From NCBI RefSeq assembly GCF_030144855.1, contig NC_082721.1, forward strand, positions 44,144,001-44,208,000: a stretch of DNA of 64,000 bases, in the 5' to 3' direction. Numbering within the stretch: position 1 is the first letter of the stretch; each line of letters starts with the position of its first letter. Below the pieces are notes generated by a model. It was given only the letters and a program-made list of their open reading frames with translations, was not told the DNA's origin and made no database searches. The DNA comes from Hypanus sabinus (Eukaryota). Of the stretch, positions 1-12,311 are shown in pieces. The position numbers and the translations under genes were made by a program.

Positions 1-563
1 GATACCTGGGAAGCTGTAATCTATATATTACAGCATTGATTATCCTTACAATCCTCTCAACAGAGCCCGATGAAGCCAAGAGCTTCCTTCCAGGATTCTA
101 TAAGGGGAACAACTTGGGTAGACCCACAGAAAAGTAGTATCCAGTCATTTCCTCTCGTTTCCATAGAATTGCTGCCTCATTTAAGTGATCCAGAGTCCTC
201 TTGGCTTTAAGCCATCGCTGTTTACAGCACTCGACAATCAATTTAACAAACAGAACACTACATTCACTTCCTGCTCAGGAAAGAGGATGCTTAAACCCAA
301 ATTGACTTTTGAAAGGACACATGGTAGCCGAAGAATGATGAAGTGTTGAAAGAGCTATCTCTTCCCAAGTTAAATGTTCACTTCCAGAGGATTGGTCTCC
401 AGAAAGCAGGCTCCCGAAATGGTGAATTCCAAGTCTTGGTTATTCCTCTCAGTCTGACCATTCATCTATGGATGAAAACTGGAAGAAAGGCGAGAAGTAG
501 CTTCAATAAGGTTACAAAATGCTTCTGAAACTTGATCACCTATTTGTCCCTTATTAGGGAGAG

Positions 564-885
564 AGAACACCTGTGGTACGTCAAATTACCAAGTGAAGTA
601 GTACTCTTTGGGGTACTGAAGGTCTGTGACTTTTGTCTTTCTTGCTACTTGCTCAAGTGCTCGCTAGAGGGTGCTGATGACATTTTGCTGGTAGGGTAGG
701 GTGGGGAGTTGTTGCCTTGCTGTTGCATGTGCTGGGGGTTTTTGGTGTTTTAACGATTTTACTGTCATTCACTCATTGGGGCATTCCTCTGTTTTCCTGG
801 TTGTTTGCGAACAAAAAGAATTTCAGGATGTATATTGTATACATTTCTCTGACATTAAATGTAGCCATTGAAACTATTGAAGTAA
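564..885 (+). repeat. Interspersed repeat fragment with a reverse-strand homolog at about 50645-50900
   Basis: TCAGGATGTATATTGTATACATTTCTCTGACATTAAA at about 824-860 is the reverse complement of about 50661-50697. Confidence 0.5.
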
Positions 886-2529
886 ATTGTGAACTCCCAT
901 GAGACACAATATCAGAAGGAAATCCATGCACCCTGAACAGGCCCTGCAATAAAAGTCCACAATTTCACAGGCTGTGGGCAACACAGTGAGGAAAATATTT
1001 ACAGGCCTTGCAAAGTCGATCAACAACAACGAAAATAACAGCACAGGAGCATGAAGTGGGAAAACCCAAGATAAAATGCAAAGAGAAATGGGACCAGGGC
1101 TAGAGGGGATGGGGTTGGAAAGAAGAAGACGCTGGGAGAGGAGAATTGGAATTTTTTGGAATGTGTACAAATGTCAAAATTTTGGACAAATGATCTGACG
1201 TCCTGATTAACACCAGACCACAAATATTCTCTGTTCTAATGAATTCAAGGGTACGTGAACCTCCAGAGTGGGCTATTATCCTGGGCACATTTGAACACAT
1301 TCGCCCAAATTTCAGGAGGCAAAAAAAGGTGACCAAGGGGAACATTGCTGGAAACTATATTACTGTTCTTGAGTGCATTTATGCTTGGAACAAAAATCTG
1401 AAAAGACAGGGGACAAACGTTTATTTTCTAGAAGTATCAACTCTAGCCTATCTACTGAATCGGGGCTTGGGAGGTTGCCGGGATCAAATTGCCAAGATAA
1501 AGCATCAGGCTTTAGGTTCTTGGAACCCAGACAATAAGTAATGGCACTGTTAAAATGGCTAAAAGCAATGCATTCTCGTCATAAGCTCAAATCTTCTGAG
1601 CTTATGACCAGCTCCTTCAAATTAGTGCTGCCCCTCTTATGGGGTTAGTTTCACTGTCAACAAATCATAGCTATCCATATCATAATTGGATTGGGAAGGG
1701 AATAAACATTCTGGAAAGTAAGCACAGGGATATAATTTTTTATTATTGGTGGAAAGTTCAAGAAGGTGGAAGCCTAGTGATATCTATCTTTAAGGATACA
1801 GTAACAAAATGGAGAGAGTAACTTGATATGTTACCGATCAGAGTGGATGGAAGTGTGAGTGAGATTCCAGGTGTTGGTATAACATCGTTCCTTCATCCAT
1901 ATTAATAACTTGCATTTGGGTTCAGAGGTCACAACTTTCAGATTTACGGCTGGCACAATAAATTTAGAAGCTGATGATAATAGACATTAAGACCCAGGCA
2001 GGCTTGGAGTCCCTTCACTACAAGCTGCCTATCTACTGAGTGACAAATCTGCCACACTGAATCCATAGCAGATAGATTGTGAACGTACATGGGAGTCGGC
2101 ATATGAGGCTCCAGGACAAATGCAGAAATTTTGCCTACATGCTAATGTTCAGGTTTGTTCTGTTCATCAAAAACAGGCAAATATTATCCAGCTAATTTGT
2201 CTCTAATCTGTCTACTCACACTCTTCAGGAAAGGAGAAAAAGGCCAATTTCAATGTAGTGCAGAGTGAGTGTGCCAGTTTGACTTTGAAATGCTTTCCTT
2301 CTCATATATTCAGCTGGGAATTGAATACCTCCAATTGAGAGGGCAACAATTGAATCAATGATCCATATCATTGCTTCCTGTGAACATACGTAAAATAATC
2401 AGTACCCTCCTTTTTCAAAAGAAGTCTTATTTAAATAAACACACACTTCATGTCTTTGTGAACCGGACATGCAAACAAAAACACACCTTATATCCTCAGG
2501 CAGAATGTATACAGTGAAATGAACAGTTG

Positions 2530-3545
2530 ACGTTACATGCTGCGAGCCTGCATCAGAAGCTGCCAGAATTAGGAAAATTGGGTGGAAGTGATTGGGTGGA
2601 GGACAAGCCGACAGCTGATAAGTGACACCAGGTACGGTAGTAAGTTGGGGTAGCAGTGGTTGATGGGTGGATTGGGCAAAGGGTTAATGAGATAGGAAAC
2701 TTATAGAAGGTTACAGTGGACAAAAGATCAAAGGGCATGGGGTCACAAAGGCAGATATTAGTCATGAGAGCAGAGGAGGAGAAGAGAAAGGGTGAAAGGG
2801 TAACCTGAAAGGGAAAGATAAAAAGTGAAGGGGAGAAGAATCTCCTGATCTATACAAAGGGTTAGAAGATACTGCAAGTTAGAACAACTTTTGTTCTTGC
2901 CTTGAAGTTTGAAGCTAACCAAATGGAAAAAGCGGTGCTGCTCCTTTTCACTGAGTTTGGCCTCATCATGGCTGCAGAGCAGTTGAATTGAAATTGTTGC
3001 TGCAGAGAGATCCTGGCTTTCTTGGAGAGCAGAGAGAAGATTCTTGATGAAGTGTTCTCACCAATATAGAGAAGTCGGTACTGAGAGCAATAGATGACAC
3101 AGACAGATTCACAGTTGAAGCATTTCCTCACGTTCAAGGACTGTTTGAGGACCTGAATGGTGAGGATGGAGGAGTAGCACTTGTGACAGTGGCAGCGATA
3201 AGTGCCAGGAGGAGGATTAGTGGTGAAGGATGGGTAGACAAGAGAAAAATGTAGGAGCAATCTCTGAGGAAAGCACTGAAATGTGTCTGATGATGGGATA
3301 TTTAACTAGGTGTTAGATTTACAAAAAAATTATATGCTGGATGTAGAGTCCAAATAGAAAGAATGACCTATCCCTGTTACAGTGGTGATAATATTTGCCA
3401 TCAGCAGATTTCTGTAGAATGTGGGTGAGGGCAGTGTCAATGATAATGGAAATACCCCTTTTTATAAACAAATGAGGACATCTCACATCTCCCATGTTCT
3501 AGAATGGAAAGTTTGGGAACTGATGCGGCATTCATGCAAGAACTG
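2530..3545 (-). mobile_element. Penelope-like element fragment (GIY-YIG endonuclease region)
   Basis: ORF 2862-3260 contains FNCES.CVIYC...LLYIGE, a GIY-YIG-type motif. It is similar to the copies at 32350-32918 and 39700-40435. Confidence 0.65.
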
Positions 3546-3549
3546 AGAA

Positions 3550-4945
3550 AAAGTACTTTTACATGTAGAAGAATTGAAAAAGGGAGCTATGTTGTTGTGG
3601 CCATTACAGAGACTTGGATGTTGTAGGTGCAGGAATGGCTACTTCATGTGCCAGGCCTTCAATGCTTCAGAACGGCCAGAGAGGGAGGCAAAATAGATGG
3701 ACGTGTGGCACCTTTGATCAGAGTTAATTTCACGGCTACAGAAATGGAGGAGGGGTTGCCTACGAACTCCCTGTGGGTGGAAAATAGGAATAGGAAGGGG
3801 TCAATAACCCTACTGGGTGTTTTCATAGACCACCTAACAGTAAAAGGAACATGACAGAGCAGATAGGGAGACAGAATCTGAAAAGGTGTAATAACAAGGT
3901 TGTTGTGGTCTGCGATTTCAATTTCCCAAATATGGATTGGCATCTCCCTAAACACAGTGGTTTAGATGGGGAGGAGTTTATTAGGTTTGTTAAGGAAGGT
4001 CTCTTGACAAAATATGTAGATAGGCCTAAAAGAGTAGAGGCTGTACTTGATCTGGGATTGAGAAATGAAGCTGGTCAGGTGTCTGGTTTCTCAGTGGGAG
4101 AAAATTTTGGAGATAGTGATCACAATTCTATCTCCTTTACCATAGCATTGGAACTGACAAGTTAGGGAAACGTTCAGTTGGAGTAAGAGGAAATATGAGG
4201 CTATCAGGCAGGAACTTGGAGCATAAATTGGGAACAGATGTTCTCAGGGAAACGTACGGAAGAAATGTGGCAAATGTTCAGGGGATTTTGCATGGGGTTC
4301 TGCATAGGTACATTCCAATGAGACAGGGAAAGGGTGTCAGGGTACAGGAACTGTGGTGTATAAAGGCTGTTGTAAATCTAGTCAAGAAGAAAATAAGATT
4401 ACGAAAGTTTCAAAAAACTAGGTAATTATAGAGATCTAGAAGATTGTATAGATAGTAGGAAGAAACTTATGAAATTAGGAGAGCCAGAAGGCACTTTGAC
4501 AGACAGAATTAAAGAAAACTCCAAGGTATTCTACAAGTATATGAAGAGCAAGAGGATGAGAGACTAGGACCAATCAAGTGTAACAGTGGAAAGTGTGTCT
4601 GGCACCAGAGGAGATAACAGAGGTACTTAATGAATACTCTGCTTCAATACTCACTACGGAAAAGGATCTGAACACTCTGCTTCAGTACTCACTACGGAAA
4701 AGGATCTGAACAATTGTAGGGATGTCTTACAGTGGACTGAAAAGCTTGATCATGTAAATATTAAGGAAGAGGATTTGCTGGAGCTTTTGGAAAGCATCAA
4801 GTTGGAATCAGTCACCAGCACTGGATGGGATGCACCACAGACAAACTGTGGGAAGCGAGGAAGGAGATTGCTGAGCCTCTGGCAATGATCTTTGCATTAT
4901 CAGTGGAGACGTGAGAGGTTCCCGAGGATTGGAGGGTTGCGTATG
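3550..4945 (+). mobile_element. CR1 LINE ORF2 (endonuclease to pre-RT), 5' piece of an interrupted copy
   Basis: Motifs VVVVCDFNFPNMDW, AVLDLGLRNEAGQV, GDSDHNSISF and EIAEPLAMIF..EDWRVA, broken by frameshifts. Confidence 0.88.
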
Positions 4946-5184
4946 TGTCACGAGGAGGGGGGACAAGGGTGCTGGGAGAGGACCCACAAGCAGAACACAA
5001 GCACGTCTTTCTTAGGTCCAAGAAAATAGCGTTTATTACTCACTATACAGAAAAAATTCTGAAATCAAGGAGGACAAAGAGGAACACGGACCTCGGACTG
5101 GGGGACTAGGGACTTGAATCGCCGCAGACCTGGGTCTTGGAAACTGGGAACTGGGATTGCTGCTGCCATGACTTTGACAATCAG

Positions 5185-8100
5185 AACATGGACAGCCGCG
5201 GACCTTGGACTTGGAGAGCGGGAACATGGACAGCCGCGGACCTTGGACTCGGAGAGCGGGAACATGGACAGCCGCGGACCTTGGACTCGGAGAGCGGGAA
5301 CATGGACAGCCGCGGACCTTGGACTCGGAGAGCGGGAACATGGACAGCCGCGGACCTTGGACTCGGAGAGCGGGAACATGGACAGCCGCGGACCTTGGAC
5401 TCGGAGAGCGGGAACATGGACAGCCGCGGACCTTGGACTCGGAGAGCGGGAACATCGACAGCCGCGGACCTTGGACTCGGAGAGCGGGAACATCGACAGC
5501 CGCGGACCTTGGACTCGGAGAGCGGGAACATCGACAGCCGCGGACCTTGGACTCGGAGAGCGGGAACATCGACAGCCGCGGACCTTGGACTCGGAGAGCG
5601 GGAACATCGACAGCCGCGGACCTTGGACTCGGAGAGCGGGAACATCGACAGCCGCGGACCTTGGACTCGGAGAGCGGGAACATCGACAGCCGCGGACCTT
5701 GGACTCGGAGAGCGGGAACATCGACAGCCGCGGACCTTGGACTCGGAGAGCGGGAACATCGACAGCCGCGGACCTTGGACTCGGAGAGCGGGAACATCGA
5801 CAGCCGCGGACCTTGGACTCGGAGAGCGGGAACATCGACAGCCGCGGACCTTGGACTCGGAGAGCGGGAACATCGACAGCCGCGGACCTTGGACTCGGAG
5901 AGCGGGAACATCGACAGCCGCGGACCTTGGACTCGGAGAGCGGGAACATCGACAGCCGCGGACCTTGGAGAGCGGGAACATCGACAGCCGCGGACCTTGG
6001 AGAGCGGGAACATCGACAGCCGCGGACCTTGGAGAGCGGGAACATCGACAGCCGCGGACCTTGGAGAGCGGGAACATCGACAGCCGCGGACCTTGGAGAG
6101 CGGGAACATCGACAGCAGCCGCGGACCTTGGAGAGCGGGAACATCGACAGCCGCGGACCTTGGAGAGCGGGAACATCGACAGCCGCGGACCTTGGAGAGC
6201 GGGAACATCGACAGCCGCGGACCTTGGAGAGCGGGAACATCGACAGCCGCGGACCTTGGAGAGCGGGAACATCGACAGCCGCGGACCTTGGAGAGCGGGA
6301 ACATCGACAGCCGCGGACCTTGGAGAGCGGGAACATCGACAGCCGCGGACCTTGGAGAGCGGGAACATCGACAGCCGCGGACCTTGGAGAGCGGGAACAT
6401 CGACAGCCGCGGACCTTGGAGAGCGGGAACATCGACAGCCGCGGACCTTGGAGAGCGGGAACATCGACAGCCGCGGACCTTGGAGAGCGGGAACATCGAC
6501 AGCCGCGGACCTTGGAGAGCGGGAACATCGACAGCCGCGGACCTTGGAGAGCGGGAACATCGACAGCCGCGGACCTTGGAGAGCGGAACATCGACAGCCG
6601 CGGACCTTGGAGAGCGGGAACATCGACAGCCGCGGACCTTGGAGAGCGGGAACATCGACAGCCGCGGACCTTGGAGAGCGGGAACATCGACAGCCGCGGA
6701 CCTTGGAGAGCGGGAACATCGACAGCCGCGGACCTTGGAGAGCGGGAACATCGACAGCCGCGGACCTTGGAGAGCGGGAACATCGACAGCCGCGGACCTT
6801 GGAGAGCGGGAACATCGACAGCCGCGGACCTTGGAGAGCGGGAACATCGACAGCCGCGGACCTTGGAGAGCGGGAACATCGGACAGCCGCGGACCTTGGA
6901 GAGCGGGAACATGGACAGCCGCGGACCTTGGAGAGCGGGAACATGGACAGCCGCGGACCTTGGAGAGCGGGAACATGGACAGCCGCGGACCTTGGAGAGC
7001 GGGAACATGGACAGCCGCGGACCTTGGAGAGCGGGAACATGGACAGCCGCGGACCTTGGAGAGCGGGAACATGGACAGCCGCGGACCTTGGAGAGCGGGA
7101 ACATGGACAGCCGCGGACCTTGGAGAGCGGGAACATGGACAGCCGCGGACCTTGGAGAGCGGGAACATGGACAGCCGCGGACCTTGGAGAGCGGGAACAT
7201 GGACAGCCGCGGACCTTGGAGAGCGGGAACATGGACAGCCGCGGACCTTGGAGAGCGGGAACATGGACAGCCGCGGACCTTGGAGAGCGGGAACATGGAC
7301 AGCCGCGGACCTTGGAGAGCGGGAACATGGACAGCCGCGGACCTTGGAGAGCGGGAACATGGACAGCCGCGGACCTTGGAGAGCGGGAACATGGACAGCC
7401 GCGGACCTTGGAGAGCGGGAACATGGACAGCCGCGGACCTTGGAGAGCGGGAACATGGACAGCCGCGGACCTTGGAGAGCGGGAACATGGACAGCCGCGG
7501 ACCTTGGAGAGCGGGAACATGACAGCCGCGGACCTTGGAGAGCGGGAACATGGACAGCCGCGGACCTTGGAGAGCGGGAACATGGACAGCCGCGGACCTT
7601 GGAGAGCGGGAACATGGACAGCCGCGGACCTTGGAGAGCGGGAACATCGACAGCCGCGGACCTTGGAGAGCGGGAACATCGACAGCCGCGGACCTTGGAG
7701 AGCGGGAACATCGACAGCCGCGGACCTTGGAGAGCGGGAACATCGACAGCCGCGGACCTTGGAGAGCGGGAACATCGACAGCCGCGGACCTTGGAGAGCG
7801 GGAACATCGACAGCCGCGGACCTTGGAGAGCGGGAACATCGACAGCCGCGGACCTTGGAGAGCGGGAACATCGACAGCCGCGGACCTTGGAGAGCGGGAA
7901 CATCGACAGCCGCGGACCTTGGAGAGCGGGAACATCGACAGCCGCGGACCTTGGAGAGCGGGAACATCGACAGCCGCGGACCTTGGAGAGCGGGAACATC
8001 GACAGCCGCGGACCTTGGAGAGCGGGAACATCGACAGCCGCGGACCTTGGAGAGCGGGAACATCGACAGCCGCGGACCTTGGAGAGCGGGAACATCGACA

Positions 8101-9810
8101 GCCGCGGACCTTGGAGAGCGGGAACATCGACAGCCGCGGACCTTGGAGAGCGGGAACATCGACAGCCGCGGACCTTGGAGAGCGGGAACATCGACAGCCG
8201 CGGACCTTGGAGAGCGGGAACATCGACAGCCGCGGACCTTGGAGAGCGGGAACATCGACAGCCGCGGACCTTGGAGAGCGGGAACATCGACAGCCGCGGA
8301 CCTTGGAGAGCGGGAACATCGACAGCCGCGGACCTTGGAGAGCGGGAACATCGACAGCCGCGGACCTTGGAGAGCGGGAACATCGACAGCCGCGGACCTT
8401 GGAGAGCGGGAACATCGACAGCCGCGGACCTTGGAGAGCGGGAACATCGACAGCCGCGGACCTTGGAGAGCGGGAACATCGACAGCCGCGGACCTTGGAG
8501 AGCGGGAACATCGACAGCCGCGGACCTTGGAGAGCGGGAACATCGACAGCCGCGGACCTTGGAGAGCGGGAACATCGACAGCCGCGGACCTTGGAGAGCG
8601 GGAACATCGACAGCCGCGGACCTTGGAGAGCGGGAACATCGACAGCCGCGGACCTTGGAGAGCGGGAACATCGACAGCCGCGGACCTTGGAGAGCGGGAA
8701 CATCGACAGCCGCGGACCTTGGAGAGCGGGAACATCGACAGCCGCGGACCTTGGAGAGCGGGAACATCGACAGCCGCGGACCTTGGAGAGCGGGAACATC
8801 GACAGCCGCGGACCTTGGAGAGCGGGAACATGGACAGCCGCGGACCTTGGAGAGCGGGAACATCGACAGCCGCGGACCTTGGAGAGCGGGAACATGGACA
8901 GCCGCGGACCTTGGAGAGCGGGAACATGGACAGCCGCGGACCTTGGAGAGCGGGAACATGGACAGCCGCGGACCTTGGAGAGCGGGAACATGGACAGCCG
9001 CGGACCTTGGAGAGCGGGAACATGGACAGCCGCGGACCTTGGAGAGCGGGAACATGGACAGCCGCGGACCTTGGAGAGCGGGAACATGGACAGCCGCGGA
9101 CCTTGGAGAGCGGGAACATGGACAGCCGCGGACCTTGGAGAGCGGGAACATGGACAGCCGCGGACCTTGGAGAGCGGGAACATGGACAGCCGCGGACCTT
9201 GGAGAGCGGGAACATGGACAGCCGCGGACCTTGGAGAGCGGGAACATGGACAGCCGCGGACCTTGGAGAGCGGGAACATGGACAGCCGCGGACCTTGGAG
9301 AGCGGGAACATGGACAGCCGCGGACCTTGGAGAGCGGGAACATGGACAGCCGCGGACCTTGGAGAGCGGGAACATGGACAGCCGCGGACCTTGGAGAGCG
9401 GGAACATGGACAGCCGCGGACCTTGGAGAGCGGGAACATGGACAGCCGCGGACCTTGGAGAGCGGGAACATGGACAGCCGCGGACCTTGGAGAGCGGGAA
9501 CATGGACAGCCGCGGACCTTGGAGAGCGGGAACATGGACAGCCGCGGACCTTGGAGAGCGGGAACATGGACAGCCGCGGACCTTGGAGAGCGGGAACATG
9601 GACAGCCGCGGACCTTGGAGAGCGGGAACATGGACAGCCGCGGACCTTGGAGAGCGGGAACATGGACAGCCGCGGACCTTGGAGAGCGGGAACTTGGACA
9701 GCCGCGGACCTTGGAGAGCGGGAACTTGGACAGCCGCGGACCTTGGAGAGCGGGAACTTGGACAGCCGCGGACCTTGGAGAGCGGGAACATGGACAGCCG
9801 CGGACCTTGG
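5185..9810. repeat. GC-rich tandem satellite: about 20 copies of a 38-bp unit, then about 120 copies of a 32-bp unit
   Basis: The monomer is GACAGCCGCGGACCTTGG(ACTCGG)AGAGCGGGAACAT(C/G). The 32-aa and 38-aa periodicity of the translated ORFs equals three monomers. Confidence 0.98.
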
Positions 9811-9904
9811 AGAGTGGGAACGTGGACAGATGCGGCTATGACTGGGACCCTGGGGACTGGGACTGCCGCGGCCCTTGGACTTTGAGACTAGGACCTTGAT
9901 TCAC

Positions 9905-9990
9905 CGCAGCCAGAAACGTGGACACCATGGATCCTCGTAGCCAGAAACATAGACACCATGGATCGCCATAGCCAGAAACGTGGACACCAA
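9905..9990. repeat. Three diverged ~31-bp repeats flanking the satellite
   Basis: AGCCAGAAAC(G/A)T(G/A)GACACCATGGATC occurs about three times and loosely resembles the satellite monomer. Confidence 0.7.
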
Positions 9991-10501
9991 AACACAGGAC
10001 GAGGAACATTGAGCCCGGACTCCTCCTTCAGATGAAGCATAGAGCCGGAACTTTTCTTCAAGGGGACAGACGCGGACTCAGGGCATGAACATTGAGCGAG
10101 GACTCTGCCTTCTGCTGAGGCACCGAGCCGGGACTCCTCGAGGGGTAGACACAGAAAAAGGGTATGAGCGCCGAGTCAGGACTCCGCCTTCAACTCACCC
10201 CTGGCATCTTGACCTTGCCGGGACCCACTATGGCGAAGGAAAGCGAATTGCTGGTACTCCGATACAGGCTGGATAACTCTGGCTTGTAACGACAGCAACT
10301 TGGTAAGACTTCTTAACACTCTTGCCCCGAATGGCTAAAGCCAGGGGCTGATAAGCTGCCGGTTCGGGTCGAGAGTAGATCACCTTAATTGCCAAGCTCA
10401 AGGGACACGTGAAACAGAATTAGAAGGGAACAACGAGTCAATGGTCCGGATCGTAGCGCAACCTAACTAAATTTAAAGGGAAACAAATCTGGACCATGAC
10501 A

Positions 10502-12203
10502 GTATGTTTTTCCCTTATTCAAGAAAGAGAATAAAGATAGCACTGGAAATTATAGAACAGTGAGTCTTACTTCAGTGGTTGGTAAATTGATGCAGAAGAT
10601 GCTAAGAGCCAGGATTTAAGAACATTTGGAGAGATATAATAAGATTAGGAATAGGCAGCATAGCTTTGTGAAAGGTAAGTCGTGCCTTATGGGCCTGCCT
10701 GTGTTTTTTGAGCATGTGACAGAACACATCAATAAAACTAGAGCCATAGATGTAGTGCATATGGATTTCAGCAAGACATTTGATAAGGTACAACAGGCAA
10801 GGATTATTGAAAAAGTAACAAGGCATGGAATCCAAGGGAGCTTGCTTTGTGGATCCAGAACTGGGTTGCCCACAGAAGGTAAAGTCTCGTTGTAGACAGA
10901 TCATATTCTGCACGGAGGTCAGTGACCAGTGGTGTGCCTCAGGGATATGTTCTAGGACACTGTACTCATCCTGATTTTTATAAATGACCTGGATTAGGAG
11001 GAGGAGAGATGTGTTAGTAAATTTATTGATGACACAAATGTTGTGGGTGTTATGGATAATGTGGAGGACATTAATAGCAAGACGATTGGCAGTGTGCAGG
11101 ATCAGAGGGATCTTGGGGTCCGAGGCCATAGGACACTCAAAGCTGCTACGCAAGTGCTTAAAAAGGAATATGGTGCATTGGGCTACATCAATATTGGGAT
11201 TGAGTTTAAGAGCTGAGAGATAATATTACAGGTTTATAGGACCCTGGTCAGACCCCACTTGGAGTACTCTGCTCAGTTCTGGTCATCTCATTACAGGAAG
11301 GACGAGCAAACCATTAAAAGGGTGCAGAGGAGATGTACAAATATGTTGCCTGGATTGGGGAGCATGCCTTATGGGAATAGGTTGAGTGAACTCAGTCTTT
11401 TCTCCTTGGAGCGACGGAGGATGAGAGGTGACCTGATAGAGGTGTACAAGATAATGAGAGGCATTGATCGTGTGGATAGTCAGAAGCTTGTTGCCAAAAC
11501 TGAAATGGCTAGGACAAGAGGGCAATGTTTTAACCCTTACATACTGTTTATAATCTATTCCTTCACAGTATAGTCCTTGTCAATTTTGACCCAGCCCCTG
11601 AAATCTCTCCTAAGTACCAGATTTTGAATCACAGATCTATTAAGAATGTATAAATGGCCTACCTGATGTTAATAAATGGGTAATCAATCCTTAATTAATG
11701 TTTCAGAGATCTAAAATCCATTTCAACAGATATGGGTCAAATTTGACCTGGAGAAGCCTCTATGTACAAAAATTTGTACCACCTGTACAAATATATAACA
11801 TTTTTAAATATTTTCATTTTTGCACATTTTGGATCACTTTAGGAAAAGTCATCAAATCCCGGCTAAAAATGATAGTTAGGTGATTTTACTGCCGTCGAAT
11901 TTCAAAACGGGTCAAATTCGACCCGGAAATTACGTATGGGTTAAGGTGCTTGGAAGGAGGTACAGAGGAGATGTCAGGGGTGAGTTTTTTATGCAGAGAG
12001 TGGTGAGTGGGTGGAATGGGCTGCCGGGGGCGATGGTGGAGCCGGAAAGGATAGGTCTTTCAAGAGACACCTGGATGGATACATGGAACTTTGAAAAATA
12101 AAGGGCTGTGGGTAAGCCGAGGTAGTTCTGAAGTAAGGACATGATCGGCACAGCTTTGTGGGCCGAAGGGCCTGTATTGTGCTGTAGGTTTTCTATGTTT
12201 CTA
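10502..12203 (+). mobile_element. CR1 LINE RT and 3' end, continuing after the LTR insertion and itself interrupted by a MITE
   Basis: HSFVKGKSCL, DVVHMDFSKTFDKV, LFSLERRRMRGDLIEVYKIM and a (TTCTATG)-like tail near 12190. Confidence 0.9.
11534..11940. mobile_element. piggyBac-type MITE
   Basis: TTAA at 11530-11533 and 11941-11944 flanks CCCTTACATA...TACGTATGGG termini. Internal GGGTCAAATTTGACC palindromes are present. Excision restores the CR1 sequence. Confidence 0.8.
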
Positions 12204-12273
12204 ACATAGGACACACTTGTCCTTCCCCTCCCTCCCTCACCACATTTATTCCAGCGTGTCCCCTATTCCATTC

Positions 12274-12311
12274 CCGTCCTGATGAAGGGTGTCGCCCCGA
12301 AACATCGACTG
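12274..12311 (+). ncRNA. Minimal hammerhead ribozyme motif in a Penelope terminal repeat
   Basis: CCGTC-CTGATGA-AGGGTGTCGCCCC-GAAA-C-ATC-GACTG contains the core boxes, a stem II hairpin, an NUH triplet and near-complementary stem I arms. Confidence 0.6.

Larger units (their letters stand above)
4946..10501 (-). mobile_element. Solo-LTR-like insertion (TGTCA...TGACA) with a large internal satellite
   Basis: GTATG is duplicated at 4941-4945 and 10502-10506, and the termini are inverted TGTCA/TGACA. Removing the insert restores CR1 ORF2 EDWRVA.V.PLFKK. A minus-strand AATAAA lies at 5037-5032. Confidence 0.85.

Noticed and set aside
960-1640. Possible L1/Tx1 ORF2 C-terminal remnant (RGLGG motif)
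   Set aside because: Similarity is too weak to support from sequence alone.
6110-7525. Single irregular monomers at about 6115, 6585, 6880 and 7520 as meaningful punctuation
   Set aside because: These 1-3 bp indels in a homogeneous array could equally be long-read consensus errors and cannot be judged without reads.
5185-9810. CRISPR array (32-38 bp repeats)
   Set aside because: The repeats are head-to-tail with no unique spacers, there are no cas genes, and the context is vertebrate.
5036-9899. Seven ORFs of 768-1582 aa as protein-coding genes
   Set aside because: They are translations of a stop-free tandem repeat in all six frames, inside a mobile insertion, with no domain content.
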